Notes: a model not told the origin generated them from the sequence alone. A stretch of 64,000 nucleotides of DNA from Dehalococcoidia bacterium (GCA_965197585.1 OZ240215.1:416001-480000), one strand, 5' to 3'; shown: positions 11,901 through 22,538, counted from the first letter of the stretch. Translations and numbers: made by a program.

Positions 11901-12263
11901 AAAAGCTGATATCGACGATCAAGTGCCAATACACCTGCTTGTTAGTTATGTTGGACCAGCATCTCATCTGCGCAGGGGGTGCTTGCCTTTTTTTGTCGAC
12001 ACATTCCAATAAGAAAGTGCCCTGCAATGACTACACATTTGAGGAAAGTATCGTGTCATGGTCTGAATTAACAGGCTATGCTAACTGTATAAGGAACCTC
12101 CGTTGCGCCCCCTAAATTTCGGTTCGTAGCTTGGCTTGGAATCAGGGGGCGATGCCTCTGCAGGAAGGAAACTTGATAAATGCCAGCGCGCAGTGTCCAC
12201 CCTGTCAGCTTCCCCGACCCGTTGAACTACACGTATGCCCGACGCGTAGTCTCAGTCTCATAA

Positions 12264-12533
12264 ATGGCAAGGACGAGGCTAAGCACGACTCGGGAAAGCG
12301 TTCAGGATTCGTGCGAAGGGCTAGCTGAGGTCCTAGCGATCGAAGCTCACCATATGCGCTACAAGGAGCAGTCCATTGACGAGATAGCCGAGCGGGTCAA
12401 CAGAGTCCGCTGCAATGTGTTCAGACATCTCGCAACGCATTTCGACCCTGAATCTGAATCGGGTGACACGAAACCCATTGGAGGGGAGATTCGTGATGGT
12501 AGGGTTGCCGGAGAGGGTGAGATTAGTATTTAG
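12264..12533 (+). CDS. small hypothetical HTH-like protein
   Basis: SIDEIAERVNRVRCNVFRHL resembles a helix-turn-helix; weak support. Confidence 0.3.
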   Translation: MARTRLSTTRESVQDSCEGLAEVLAIEAHHMRYKEQSIDEIAERVNRVRCNVFRHLATHFDPESESGDTKPIGGEIRDGRVAGEGEISI

Positions 12534-12750
12534 CTACGAACTACCTACCATTTGGTGTTCGCTACCACAATCGTTACCACACTGATAGGCCGAAAGTAAC
12601 CCTCCCTGAAGATTGCCTCGTAATGTATCGTATCACGCCTTCACCTAAGAATATGACCGGCGTAACTCAATCAGGCTTGCGGCGCACATCTAAGTCGCGG
12701 TCACGTCGGGCCTTGGCTAAAGGTTGCAGTCTGATCAGGTACACATAAGC

Positions 12751-12781
12751 GTACTGTATTGCGAACTTTTCGGTGGGAGGT
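12751..12781 (-). repeat. att-like half-site, copy of 44577-44607
   Basis: Reverse complement ACCTCCCACCGAAAAGTTCGCAATACAGTAC is 29/31 identical to 44577-44607. Confidence 0.75.
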
Positions 12782-12840
12782 TGCAATCTAGGTTGCATCT
12801 TCATTAGTCGAACGAGGTCCTTACCATTTTCATCCAGGCA

Positions 12841-12915
12841 GGTGGGTGATACTAGACTCGAAACAGTGGCCTCTTGCTCGTTAGGCAGGCGCTCTTACCA
12901 ACTGAACTAACTGTC
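12841..12915 (-). pseudogene. degenerate tRNA (Val-like) copy
   Basis: Minus strand reads TAGTTCAGTTGGTAAGAGCG (D arm), CCTGC-CTAACGA-GCAAG (anticodon arm), TTCGAGT (T loop) and ATCACCCACC 3' end. The acceptor stem is unpaired and CCA is lost. Confidence 0.7.
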
Positions 12916-12979
12916 AGGCCCTACACCCTCCCCCTATGCCATGTCCCCTTTAAATGCCGCTGGGCAGGATGGAATGTCT

Positions 12980-13939
12980 CTAAGGGGAGGCTTGAGCGGG
13001 GTTATCCGAGTCTATCTCCGAGCAGCTCCCACGGTTGCAGGCGATGATCCAATAGTAGTTCTCGCCATCATCAGGATCAGAGTGTACGTAAGTTGTCTCA
13101 GTGAAATTGGCAGCCAGTTCGTCACAAAACCTTGGAATGCCTTCCTTTCCCAACAAACACCTGTTGTCGATGAAATGGTGGTGGTAGACTTTGTAATAGT
13201 CCGCGCCATCCACCGCGTCCCAACTGACACGTATCGTCGAGCCGTCCCACCCATATTGTGCATCGGTTGGCCCGTTTGGCCGCAGCATAATCCCCCTTAA
13301 CTGGTTACCATCAAGGAACAGGACGGGTATCTTTCCCAGTTCAGCCGGTATCTCCCCGGTCAATTGGTTATAACTGAGGTCCAGGGATCTAAGGTTGGAG
13401 AGGTGGCCCAGTTCAGCCGGTATCGTCCCGCTCAACTGGTTATGACTGAGGTCCAGACTATACGGATTGAGTAGGTTACCCATTTCAGCCGGTATCGCCC
13501 CGCTCAACTGGTTATGACTTGGGTCCAGGGATCCAAGGTTGGAGAGGTTGCCCAGTTCAGCCGGTATCTCTCCGCTTAACTGGTTCCAGCTGAGCCGCAG
13601 GCTCCTAACGACGCACTCTCCCGTGGAGCGCCCATTTACAGTCTTGTCACTGGCGGTTACACCGGCCCGATCGCTAATTGGAGCGTCCGTGAGCCAGTTC
13701 GTATTGTTCTCCCAGTTCAGGCCATCAGTGGCGTTGTAGAGCGCGACCAGCGCCTCTGCATCCTCCCTTCGGGACTCGGATCCATCTGTACAACTGATCC
13801 CAGGCGATACGTCGGGAAACGAATTTGGAATGTCCGAGAGATCAGAACAGGAAGATGCATCACAGGCAGATAGAACGACGGCGAGCAGGACCCCTAGAAC
13901 AGCAGACTTTGGGAAACGAGTCTTGACGGCAAAGTTCAT
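12980..13939 (-). CDS. leucine-rich-repeat lipoprotein (plant-RLK-type LRRs, C-terminal FN3-like domain)
   Basis: Lipobox VLSAC; N-cap EALVALYNATDGLNW; 24-aa LDLSxNQLSGxIPAELGNL repeats; IRVSWDAVDGADYYKVY. Confidence 0.85.
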   Translation of the reverse strand: MNFAVKTRFPKSAVLGVLLAVVLSACDASSCSDLSDIPNSFPDVSPGISCTDGSESRREDAEALVALYNATDGLNWENNTNWLTDAPISDRAGVTASDKTVNGRSTGECVVRSLRLSWNQLSGEIPAELGNLSNLGSLDPSHNQLSGAIPAEMGNLLNPYSLDLSHNQLSGTIPAELGHLSNLRSLDLSYNQLTGEIPAELGKIPVLFLDGNQLRGIMLRPNGPTDAQYGWDGSTIRVSWDAVDGADYYKVYHHHFIDNRCLLGKEGIPRFCDELAANFTETTYVHSDPDDGENYYWIIACNRGSCSEIDSDNPAQASP

Positions 13940-14426
13940 AGCTGTGTTGCCTCGGCGGCTGCAAGGAGCAGGATTGTAAAGAGCAGGGCCAGACCCCACG
14001 CGGATCGAATGCGAGCGCGGCGGTTGCTGTCATATGAGTCTTCTCAATGGATTCCTCGGCATTCCACTAGTGTACTTAATTGTTGGCAACCAACAAGATT
14101 TGCACACTCCGAGACCCGAGAGATCAACCGAAATATCAAGGGTAGTCTTGAGGTTTTGCGAGCTCTCTGAGCGTCCTCTTGCACTGTCTCCACCGCTCGA
14201 TCAATTGAGCCTGCACTTTCCTTCACTGCCGCAGTATGTCTTCTCGCCATCGCAAACTAAGTCAGGTACGATGCAACGAGCCTCCCCAGATTGCCTTTCC
14301 CCCGACGACTCCGTAAGGTTTGCCCGAACCCGCTCTGCGAAGTGCATATGTATCTATCCCCTCTGTTACAAACGAACCTTTTCACAGGAACCGTACAGCG
14401 TAGACTACTTTTGTTGAGGCTTTGAT

Positions 14427-15686
14427 TTGGAGATGACTATACGAAATGCGGTTGTTCAGTCCCGACGGGCGGTCGGGCGTACTGGTATTGACTACCTGCG
14501 CTTCGGACTGAGGATTTCAGTATGGGTCCGACGGTTCGCGGTAATTGCGTGGTTGGCCCAGCTGCACCATCAAGTCTCCTTCGCGCACCCCGGCTATATC
14601 GCCCAGATGCTGTTCGGGGTGTTGCTGTTGGCACTGAACGGCTACGTCCTCTACCGTATCGAAACGAAACGGACGGCGTCGTGGCGGTGGGTCTTAGCAC
14701 TGAGTGCGATGGACGTAGTGATGCTCACGGGCGGGCTGGTGGTCTCAAGCGGATTCGGGGACGACTTCTTCGTGCTGTATTACGCAGCACTTGCCATGTT
14801 CGCCGCAGTGTGTGCGTCCATCAGGGTCAGTTTCGTGGGCGCCACGGCTATATCAGCAATGTACATTGCTCTGAGTCTGACGTCAGAGCCGGGCGGCGGC
14901 TTCGAATTCGAAGAAGAGGAGGTCCTGCTCTCTAGGATTATCGCCATGTACGCTGTGGTAGCAGCAGTCGGTCTCGTGGCAAGGTTCGAGAGGATCAGAT
15001 CGAGTTACGATCGAGCCAGAAGACGGAAGGCGGTGGAACGGGAACGCGAGCTCCTGCAGGAGCGGATCGAACTATCACAGACCATCCATGACATTATAGC
15101 CCAATCGGCGTACCTGATTGGGCTTGGATTGGAGTCAGCTATTGAGATGGCCGAGGCCCGAAGAAACGAAAACCGTAGAGAGCTTATAGCCAAATTGGAG
15201 GCCACCCTGGCACCGTCAAAGTCCGCCATGTGGGAACTGAGGCATCCCATCGACATAGGAGCGATATTCGAAGGGCAAGGCCTGAGTTGGGTGCTGCAGT
15301 CCCACGCTTCTACATTCACCACCGTCACTTCGATTCCTACTGAAGTACTCCAGTCTGGAAAGGAGCCGGAACTTCCGACGGCCACGCGGAGAGCGCTATT
15401 CTCAATAGCCCACAACGCCCTGACGAACGCATTTCGCCACTCGAGAGCCAGCAAAATTATTATCAAGCTGGACTTTGAGGATGATTGGCTTCGAATGTCC
15501 ATATTGGACGACGGTATCGGGCTACCCGACGACTTTTCTGACCGAGGCCAGGGCTTCAGGAACATGAGGGCCGACGTGGAGCGTATAAGCGGCAGTATGG
15601 TGGCCGGCCCAGGCGAATCCGGACAAGGCACTACCGTATCCTGCACTATTCCATACCACCCAGATAAAGAGGGGTTGGTGCATTGA
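14427..15686 (+). CDS. membrane sensor histidine kinase (HisKA_3, NarX/DesK class)
   Basis: About 5 TM helices; H-box ELSQTIHDIIAQ; HATPase motifs NALTNAFRH, DDGIG, GQG and GTT. Confidence 0.9.
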   Translation: MEMTIRNAVVQSRRAVGRTGIDYLRFGLRISVWVRRFAVIAWLAQLHHQVSFAHPGYIAQMLFGVLLLALNGYVLYRIETKRTASWRWVLALSAMDVVMLTGGLVVSSGFGDDFFVLYYAALAMFAAVCASIRVSFVGATAISAMYIALSLTSEPGGGFEFEEEEVLLSRIIAMYAVVAAVGLVARFERIRSSYDRARRRKAVERERELLQERIELSQTIHDIIAQSAYLIGLGLESAIEMAEARRNENRRELIAKLEATLAPSKSAMWELRHPIDIGAIFEGQGLSWVLQSHASTFTTVTSIPTEVLQSGKEPELPTATRRALFSIAHNALTNAFRHSRASKIIIKLDFEDDWLRMSILDDGIGLPDDFSDRGQGFRNMRADVERISGSMVAGPGESGQGTTVSCTIPYHPDKEGLVH

Positions 15687-15937
15687 CCCCAGAATCACAA
15701 ACCCGATTGATGCTCGTGGACGATCACGAGATTATGCGGGACGGTCTCCGCGAAGTCCTTGAGCATTCGGGTGAGTTCCGAGTTGTTGGCGAGGCCGGAG
15801 ACGGCGACGTGCGGCCCATCCGGACAGTCACAACGACCATCCGCCGCAAGCTGGGCGACGATGCTGACAACCCGACCTATATCTTCACCGAGCTTCGTGT
15901 CGGCTACAAAATGCCGAGGGCGGATGCGCCGAAATAG
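15683..15937 (+). pseudogene. internally deleted response regulator
   Basis: NarL-like receiver start (LMLVDDHEIMRDGL...VVGEAGDG) joined to a KdpE/OmpR-type tail (IRRKLGDDADNPTYIFTELRVGY); no phospho-Asp region. Confidence 0.75.
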
Positions 15938-15960
15938 TGGAGCGCAAGGGGGCGGAGTTG

Positions 15961-16190
15961 TCGGCCCGGGCGTTGATCATCCGGGCCCCGATCTTCGGGT
16001 CCTTGGCCCAGAAAGGTACCAGCCCCCAGCGCATGAGCGCCGCCTCTCGACCCTCCACCTTCCTGACAGTCAGAACGCTCTCGGTGGGTGCGATGTTGTA
16101 TCCGGGGTCGTAGCTGAAGTCACTGCCGTCGAACTCAAAGCGCTGGGCCAGGTCTCCCAGGTCGGCTATCAGAGTGTATCTTTCGCACAT
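15961..16190 (-). pseudogene. SOS response-associated peptidase (SRAP/YedK), 3'-truncated
   Basis: MCERY, YNIAPT, MRWGLVPFWAKD, MINARA; homology stops there. Confidence 0.85.
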
Positions 16191-16239
16191 ATGACTGTCT
16201 CGCCTCCTACGGGATTATCCCATCGACAGAGGCGTCCTC

Positions 16240-19200
16240 TCAATGCCAGTCGTGGGCGTCGGGCATCCGGGCCCCGACATCCAACGTCCTCACACTGGAC
16301 ATCGTGACATTGGTGGTACCGTCATGGCGGGAGACTACACCCCTGGCAAGGAGTACGTGGTTTCCCAGCTCCCTCTTGTACCGGGTGAACACCCGCGGCC
16401 ATACGATGAGCTGCACGTCCCCCGTCTCGTCCTCAATGGTCACGAACACCGTACCCTCCAGGCCCCTGGGATGCTGCCGGGCCACGGGCCACCCCGCCAC
16501 CAGCACCTCTTTGCCCTCGGGCAGGCTGTCGATGTCGGCGGCGCGCAGGACGTCGGGGCGCAGGGTGGGCCTGACGAACTCCATGACGTGGCCCCTGGGA
16601 TAGATGCCCATGACGGCATACTCACCTGCCATCTTCTCCCTTGCGGTGAAGTCCTCCATCTCGGGGATGTTGTCTCCCGTGGAGATTGGCAGGGCCCTCT
16701 GCCCGTTCCTCGGTGGCCGGACGGGCAGCCCCGCGTCCCAGAGGGCTTCCCTGCGGTTTGACATCACCCCGTCGAAGGCCCCGGCCATCACCAGGGAGTG
16801 GACGGCCTGGGGCCTGAGCCCGGTCCTACGCACCAGGTCTCCGGCCCCCGAGTAGGGCCCATGGCGCTCCCTCTCTTCAGCTATCGTTCTAGCCGACTTC
16901 TCTCCAACGTCCTTCACCTTGCCGAGACCCAGCAGCACCGAGCCGTTGTGGGAGCTGCACTTCACCCCGCTAAGGTTAACGCAGGGATTGAGGAAGGGCA
17001 CCCCGAAGCGCCGGGCATCCTCCTTTATGGTCTCCACCGGGTAGAACCCCATGGGCTGGCTGTTCATCAGGGCGACGAAGAACTCCAGGGGGTGGTAACG
17101 CTTGAGCCATGCTGCCTGGTAGGCGGTGACAGCGAAGGCGTGAGAGTGGGACTCGGGGAACATGTAGTGCCCATTGACCTTGTCGAAGATCTTCTCGGCG
17201 ATGTCTTGGGGAACGCCGTTGGCGAGCGCCCCCTTCAGGAACCTACACCGGTGCATGGCTATCAGGTGGTCGCTGTTGGGTCTGGCGAAGGCACGACGTA
17301 TCTCGTCGGCCTCCGAGGTCTTCATCCCAGACACGTCGGATATCAGCTGCACCACCTGCTCCTGCCAGACAATGATCCCACACCCCCGCTCTAGGGCCCG
17401 GCGCTCCAGCGGGTGATCGTAGTCCCACTGAGCCCCGTGCCGGTACCGGTCCACGAACTTCGACACGGCGCTCCCCTGCACCCCGACGCCCGGCCTGATG
17501 AGGGCAACCTGGTAGGCCAGGTCCAGCAGGTTGCGAGGCCTGAGCCTCTGCCCCATCTTCAGCTGGGCCGGAGACTGCAGCAGGAACACCCCCTTGGATC
17601 TCCCCTGGCCCAGCATCTCGTATACGGTGGGGTCATCGGGGTCTATGGCCGAGATATCGGGCCTGCGGCCCTCCCGGCGCTCCACCAGGTCCAGGGCCTC
17701 CTCGATCTGGTCGAGTACCGGCAGGGAGAGGAGGTCTATCTTGGCGAACCGGGCGTCGGCGGTGCTGTCCCTGTTCCAGTCCATGATGTAGCGCCCGGCG
17801 ATGGCACCCTGCCGTATGGGCACCATCTCCGGTATGGGGGAGTCGCTGAGGACCATGCCCCCCACATGCTGGCTCAGGCTCCTGGGGGCGTGCATAAGCT
17901 GCGGCGCCAGGGACAGCAGGTCACGCCAGCCGGGTGTCTCCACCTTATCCCTGAAGGCGGGCAGTTCCAGTATCTCGCCCCGCAGGTCCCGGGCGTCGTG
18001 GGAGTGGAGCTGTTTGGAGAGCATCCGCAAATCCTCTTTGGGCAGCCCGAGGGCCTTGCCCAGGTCCTGGATGATTCCCTTCACCGAGTAGGTGGAAACG
18101 GCCCCGGCCAGCACGGCGAACTCGGGCCCGAAGTGTCGGTGCACCCGCTCTATAAGCTCGTCCCTTAGAGATCGCGGAAAGTCCAGGTCGATGTCCGGCA
18201 GGGTGGTCATGTCCTCGGGGATGAACCGCTCCAGGCTGAGGCCCCAGCGCAGAGGATCGACATGGCTGATGCCGATGAGATAGCCCACCAGGAGCGCCAC
18301 CGAGGAGCCCCGCCCCCGGCCCGGGGGCCTCTCCTCCAGGGGCGTCTCCGGGTGGGAGAGGCCCTTCTCCTCCATGATCTTCTGGGCCAGGAGGACGATC
18401 TCCCTGTAAAGGAGCAGGAACCCGGCCAGCTTATGACTGCCTATCAGCCGGAACTCCTCCTCCAGCCGGGCCTCGACCTCCGGTGTCACGGTCCCATAGC
18501 GCCGAAGCACGGCCTCGGAGCAGAGGCGTCTCAGGTAGCTGTCGGCAGTGTAGCCGGATGGGACGGCAGGATCGGGGAGGGTGTACCCGAGCCCCGTGGC
18601 TAGGTCGAACTCGCACTGTTCAGCGATCTTAAGGGTGTTGGTGATGGTCTGGGGATGGTCTTCAAAGAGCTTCACCATCTGGTCTGGGGACTTAAGGTGG
18701 AGGTGATGATTGGGCCGGATGTGGGGTAGGGCACGCTCCATAGTCGTGTTTAGCCGGGCGGCGACTAAAGCGTGCTGGAGCCGGTACCGCTCCGGGTCGT
18801 GGTAGTGGACGTCGTTGGATGCGACGATAGACACACCCAGGTCCCTTGCCAGCCCCACCGAGGCCCGTGTGAGCTCGGCGTCGCCCTGCAGGAAGTTGCG
18901 CTGCACCTCCACGTAGACTGAGTCCGGCCCGAACCACTCCATGTAGTCTTTCAGCAGGGCCCCGGCATCCGTGCGTCGGCCTTCCAGCAGCAGCTTCGAC
19001 ATAGGCCCATCCCGGCCACCGGTGAGGAGGACCAACCCTTCCGCGTGGTGGGGCAGGTGCTTGGGGTCCAGCCGGGGCTCCCTGCGGTCCACGGTATTGG
19101 CGAGGGTGAACAGCCGGGAGAGGTTGCCGTAGCCCCGGCGGGTCTTTGCCAGCAGCGCCACCCGTGTCCCGTCCTTGAGAGTCAACTCCCCACCTGTGAT

Positions 19201-19386
19201 GGGCTGGATGCCGAGGCTGTCGGCCAGCCGGGCGAACTCCAACGCCCCGCACAGGTTGGTATCGGTCAAAGCCAGGGACTCGTAGCCGTATTCCTTGGCC
19301 CGGGCCAGCAGCTCGTGGCCGTGGGATGCCCCCATGCCGAAGGAATAGAAGCTCTTGGCGTGAAGCTCGACGTAGGGAGTCATCAC
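16240..19386 (-). CDS. dnaE2: error-prone DNA polymerase III alpha DnaE2 (ImuC)
   Basis: YVELHAKSFYSF PHP start, GRGSSV, PDIDLD, SQPMGFY, OB fold, C-terminal AHDWH (SRDFH-like). Confidence 0.95.
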   Translation of the reverse strand: MMTPYVELHAKSFYSFGMGASHGHELLARAKEYGYESLALTDTNLCGALEFARLADSLGIQPITGGELTLKDGTRVALLAKTRRGYGNLSRLFTLANTVDRREPRLDPKHLPHHAEGLVLLTGGRDGPMSKLLLEGRRTDAGALLKDYMEWFGPDSVYVEVQRNFLQGDAELTRASVGLARDLGVSIVASNDVHYHDPERYRLQHALVAARLNTTMERALPHIRPNHHLHLKSPDQMVKLFEDHPQTITNTLKIAEQCEFDLATGLGYTLPDPAVPSGYTADSYLRRLCSEAVLRRYGTVTPEVEARLEEEFRLIGSHKLAGFLLLYREIVLLAQKIMEEKGLSHPETPLEERPPGRGRGSSVALLVGYLIGISHVDPLRWGLSLERFIPEDMTTLPDIDLDFPRSLRDELIERVHRHFGPEFAVLAGAVSTYSVKGIIQDLGKALGLPKEDLRMLSKQLHSHDARDLRGEILELPAFRDKVETPGWRDLLSLAPQLMHAPRSLSQHVGGMVLSDSPIPEMVPIRQGAIAGRYIMDWNRDSTADARFAKIDLLSLPVLDQIEEALDLVERREGRRPDISAIDPDDPTVYEMLGQGRSKGVFLLQSPAQLKMGQRLRPRNLLDLAYQVALIRPGVGVQGSAVSKFVDRYRHGAQWDYDHPLERRALERGCGIIVWQEQVVQLISDVSGMKTSEADEIRRAFARPNSDHLIAMHRCRFLKGALANGVPQDIAEKIFDKVNGHYMFPESHSHAFAVTAYQAAWLKRYHPLEFFVALMNSQPMGFYPVETIKEDARRFGVPFLNPCVNLSGVKCSSHNGSVLLGLGKVKDVGEKSARTIAEERERHGPYSGAGDLVRRTGLRPQAVHSLVMAGAFDGVMSNRREALWDAGLPVRPPRNGQRALPISTGDNIPEMEDFTAREKMAGEYAVMGIYPRGHVMEFVRPTLRPDVLRAADIDSLPEGKEVLVAGWPVARQHPRGLEGTVFVTIEDETGDVQLIVWPRVFTRYKRELGNHVLLARGVVSRHDGTTNVTMSSVRTLDVGARMPDAHDWH

Positions 19387-19401
19387 AGGTTTGCCTCGGG
19401 A

Positions 19402-20847
19402 CTAGGCACTCTGCCGGTACCAGCAGCCGCCCCTCTCGTCCCGGAACAGGGTGGCCTCCACCCCGTCTTCATCCCTTACCCGGTAGTAGGTTCGGGTCAG
19501 GGGCCGGGACATCCACCACAGGTCGAAGCCCCACTCCTCCTCGATGTGGGCCACCCTTTTCCACCGGCTCCCCAGCCGCACGGCCTCGGGCCTACGGTCC
19601 CGTCCCTCCCGCACGACAACAGGTATGGGACTCGACATGGGTCTCACATCGGCTCCCCCTGAGGAGTCGATAGGGATACGCACAACCCGCATCTCGGGGG
19701 CCGGGTGCCAGGGGGCAACCTCGACCACCCGGTAAAGCGAGGGGCTCCCACCCGTGCGGGCCCGCAGGCCCCTGTCCACCTCGACCAGTCGCCGCTTATC
19801 CGACTCCCTGGCCTCGGGAAGCAGTCCCATCTGCACTCCCGACTCCCCGGTCAGGTCGTCCAGGGTCAGGGTCACGTCCTCTACGGGCCCCGACGGGTGT
19901 TCCTCCTCCAGCCGGGCCTTGATTATCGATAAGGCTCGCTTCCGGTTTCCAACGCCTCCCTTGAAAGAGAACTCCCTGGCCCAGGTAGGACCTCCTTCCA
20001 GGGCACACTCCAGCAGCGCTTTACCGGCATAGCGGCCCTTCATCGAAGGACGCGAGAAGGCACTCGCCAAGAGGGTGTCCACCACGGTGATGAGCAGTTC
20101 CAGGGATGCGGATGAGAAGGGGAGGGATGAGCGCTCGACTATAGTCTCGGTGTGGGCTAAGGGTACGACGGGGGTGTCATCCATGCCCCGGGAGAGGCGC
20201 CATGCACTCCGCCCCTCGGCTCCGAACCGGTCAATCATGGGTGCCTCTGTCAGCGAGCCCACGTCACCCAGGGTGTGGAGGCCGAACCGGTGCAGGGCTG
20301 CCCGCAGGTCGGCGGGTACAGGGAGCAGGTCGACGGGGTGAGGGGCAAGGAATGACACGGCATCAATAGGAACCTGGGTGGCCCTTAGGGGACCGCTCGC
20401 CTTGGCGGCTACGAAGGCTGGGAACTTGGCCTCGGCGACGCCGACCCTCGGGGCAAGGTCCTGGGGGACGGCGTTCAGCAGTGCGTTGACCAGCCGAGCT
20501 TCGCCACCGTGCAGGTGCTCCAGGCCGTCCAGACGGACATAGGCCGTACCCAGCCCCGATCCCTCCACCCGGTCACTGATTCCCTGCAGGGAGGCGATAA
20601 CTTGAGCGAACACCCTGCGGTAGTGAGGCTCGTCGGCTTCGAGGACGAGAGCGGTGGGTTGGATGGAGAGGGCTTCCTCTAAGGTATCGCCGGGGGATAC
20701 GCCACTGGCGGAAGGCGTGGAGTCGACCACCTGTGATCTTCCCATGGAGCGCTCTACGATGATGGCGGGGATGTTCTTCAGGTTGGGATGGCGGCGCATC
20801 TCGACCTTGGCTCTAAGGTGGGTGATGAGTAAACAGGCAACCTTCAT
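19402..20847 (-). CDS. imuB: ImuB, inactive Y-family polymerase homolog
   Basis: Y-family IMS-like fold lacking catalytic acids; LHRFGLHTLGD; C-terminal WW...RTYYRV...LFRD domain; directly upstream of dnaE2. Confidence 0.85.
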   Translation of the reverse strand: MKVACLLITHLRAKVEMRRHPNLKNIPAIIVERSMGRSQVVDSTPSASGVSPGDTLEEALSIQPTALVLEADEPHYRRVFAQVIASLQGISDRVEGSGLGTAYVRLDGLEHLHGGEARLVNALLNAVPQDLAPRVGVAEAKFPAFVAAKASGPLRATQVPIDAVSFLAPHPVDLLPVPADLRAALHRFGLHTLGDVGSLTEAPMIDRFGAEGRSAWRLSRGMDDTPVVPLAHTETIVERSSLPFSSASLELLITVVDTLLASAFSRPSMKGRYAGKALLECALEGGPTWAREFSFKGGVGNRKRALSIIKARLEEEHPSGPVEDVTLTLDDLTGESGVQMGLLPEARESDKRRLVEVDRGLRARTGGSPSLYRVVEVAPWHPAPEMRVVRIPIDSSGGADVRPMSSPIPVVVREGRDRRPEAVRLGSRWKRVAHIEEEWGFDLWWMSRPLTRTYYRVRDEDGVEATLFRDERGGCWYRQSA

Positions 20848-20891
20848 GACGGTTCTTGGGTGGAGACAACTCAGAGGATTGGGCAGGGGGA

Positions 20892-20920
20892 AGGATATAG
20901 AACATGCGTGCTTTTGTCAA
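20892..20920 (-). promoter_or_regulatory. imuB promoter with LexA box
   Basis: Minus strand TTGACA-17 bp-TATCCT; the spacer holds AGAAC-ATGC-GTGCT (20899-20912). Confidence 0.7.
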
Positions 20921-21150
20921 GCAAATGCGGTTGCCGTAATAGCCCAATGAAGTTGGTTGAGGTATCTTGCTGTGCATTGCCGTTCGACCGTTGGGCGATA
21001 TAGACGAAAGTAGCAGGCGCACCGGAGATGCCATTGTCACCACGTGGATCATCGTACCTCCCTGGTCGGCGACGGCGCGTTAGAAGGCCTTCCGAAGGGA
21101 GGGCTGGATCTTGATACCGATATAGAACAGTTGGCTGGATTTAAGAGGTA

Positions 21151-21810
21151 GCATGGTTATTGAGTAAGCACATTAGAACTGCCGCACTGGCAATGGGGGT
21201 TTACCCCCCCTCCTCCCCGTAATACGCAATCCCTCGCCTGTAGGGGCATGAGGATGCGAATAGCCACCCCGTGAACGGCGTGGCCTCCATCGACCGGACC
21301 ATAGTGGTTCTTCCCAATGGCAAGGAGTGTCGCGTTATGCCCACCGACCTGAGAGTCGGGCAGACGCAGGCCATAACCGTTGACATGGTCGGCAAGGTTT
21401 GCAGATAGACTGCAAGCAAACACTATGAGCCCTTCTTCAGCACGTCGGCCAACTCATTGCGCCGCTTCTCTAACAATGCGTTGTAGGTGGTGTCTAGGAG
21501 CAGTCAGTCGCCTACTTCTCCGAGTCCATGGAGGATAGGACGACCTGCTGATTTTTTGCAGGGGTAGAGATTTAGGGGGCGGCATGGCTATTGAGTAAGC
21601 ACATTAGAACTGCCGCGCTGCCAATGGGGGTTTACCCCCCTCCTCCCCGTAATACGCAATCCCTCGCCTGTAGGGGCATGAGGATGTGAATAGCCACCCC
21701 TCGGACGGCGTGGCCTCCATCGACCGGACCATAGTGGTTCTTCCCAATGGCAAGGAGCGTCGCGTTATGCCCACCGACCTGAGAGTCGGGCAGACGCAGG
21801 CCATAACCGT
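21151..21810 (+). repeat. ~230-bp direct repeat, two copies
   Basis: 21151-21380 and 21582-21810 are near-identical. Confidence 0.9.
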
Positions 21811-22328
21811 AGCCCGTACTGAACCGCCCTCTACTACCCGGCCAGCCCCGGCGCAGGCAGCACTTCCGCGTATCCAGCCTCCGTCTGAAATTTCGACTGC
21901 ACAGATGGATCTTGTTTCTGCATTTCCTTGCAAGGGAATCCTATTTCGCCTGCTGGCATTCCAACCAGTCTGTGCGTTCAATATCCCCTTGTTCGAAGCG
22001 GGCTGTAACGCTAACGGGGAATTGGCCAACAATGATGGCTCAAAACGGGCGATAAGCGGTTATCGTATGGTTGCGAGTATCGCATTTGTCACGGAGTTAT
22101 GGGCATTTGCACCCCACGGTTTATCCGATCAATGAACTAGGTAAGGGAGGGAACCATGCAGGAAAAGAAAGGTCGAGATGACATTGGCTTGGAGACTCAA
22201 TTCGACCATAAGGGAGCGGCCACGCGAGTGGTGGCCCGCAACCAAAGAGAGGTGGGTCGCCAGGGTTTCGCGCTTGACGACCAGAGCTTGACCGTTACGA
22301 ATCAGAGGAAAACTAGGAGGTGATTAGG

Positions 22329-22538
22329 ATGAAAGAGAAAATCCTGAGGCGTCGAGAGGTCGAAAAGATCACAGGCTTGAGCTACTCAACCATATATCGG
22401 CAGATGCCGAATGGTCAGTTTCCTCGGCAGGTAAGTGTCGGCGATAGAGCTGTCGGGTGGAGGGCAAGCGAAGTCTACGCTTGGATTAAGTCAAGGCCAT
22501 CGGCTCAAGGAGAAGATGGCGGTCTCACCGAGGACTGA
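22329..22538 (+). CDS. AlpA-family regulator/excisionase
   Basis: ILRRREVEKITGLSYSTIYRQM...FPRQVSVGDRAVGW. Confidence 0.85.
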   Translation: MKEKILRRREVEKITGLSYSTIYRQMPNGQFPRQVSVGDRAVGWRASEVYAWIKSRPSAQGEDGGLTED

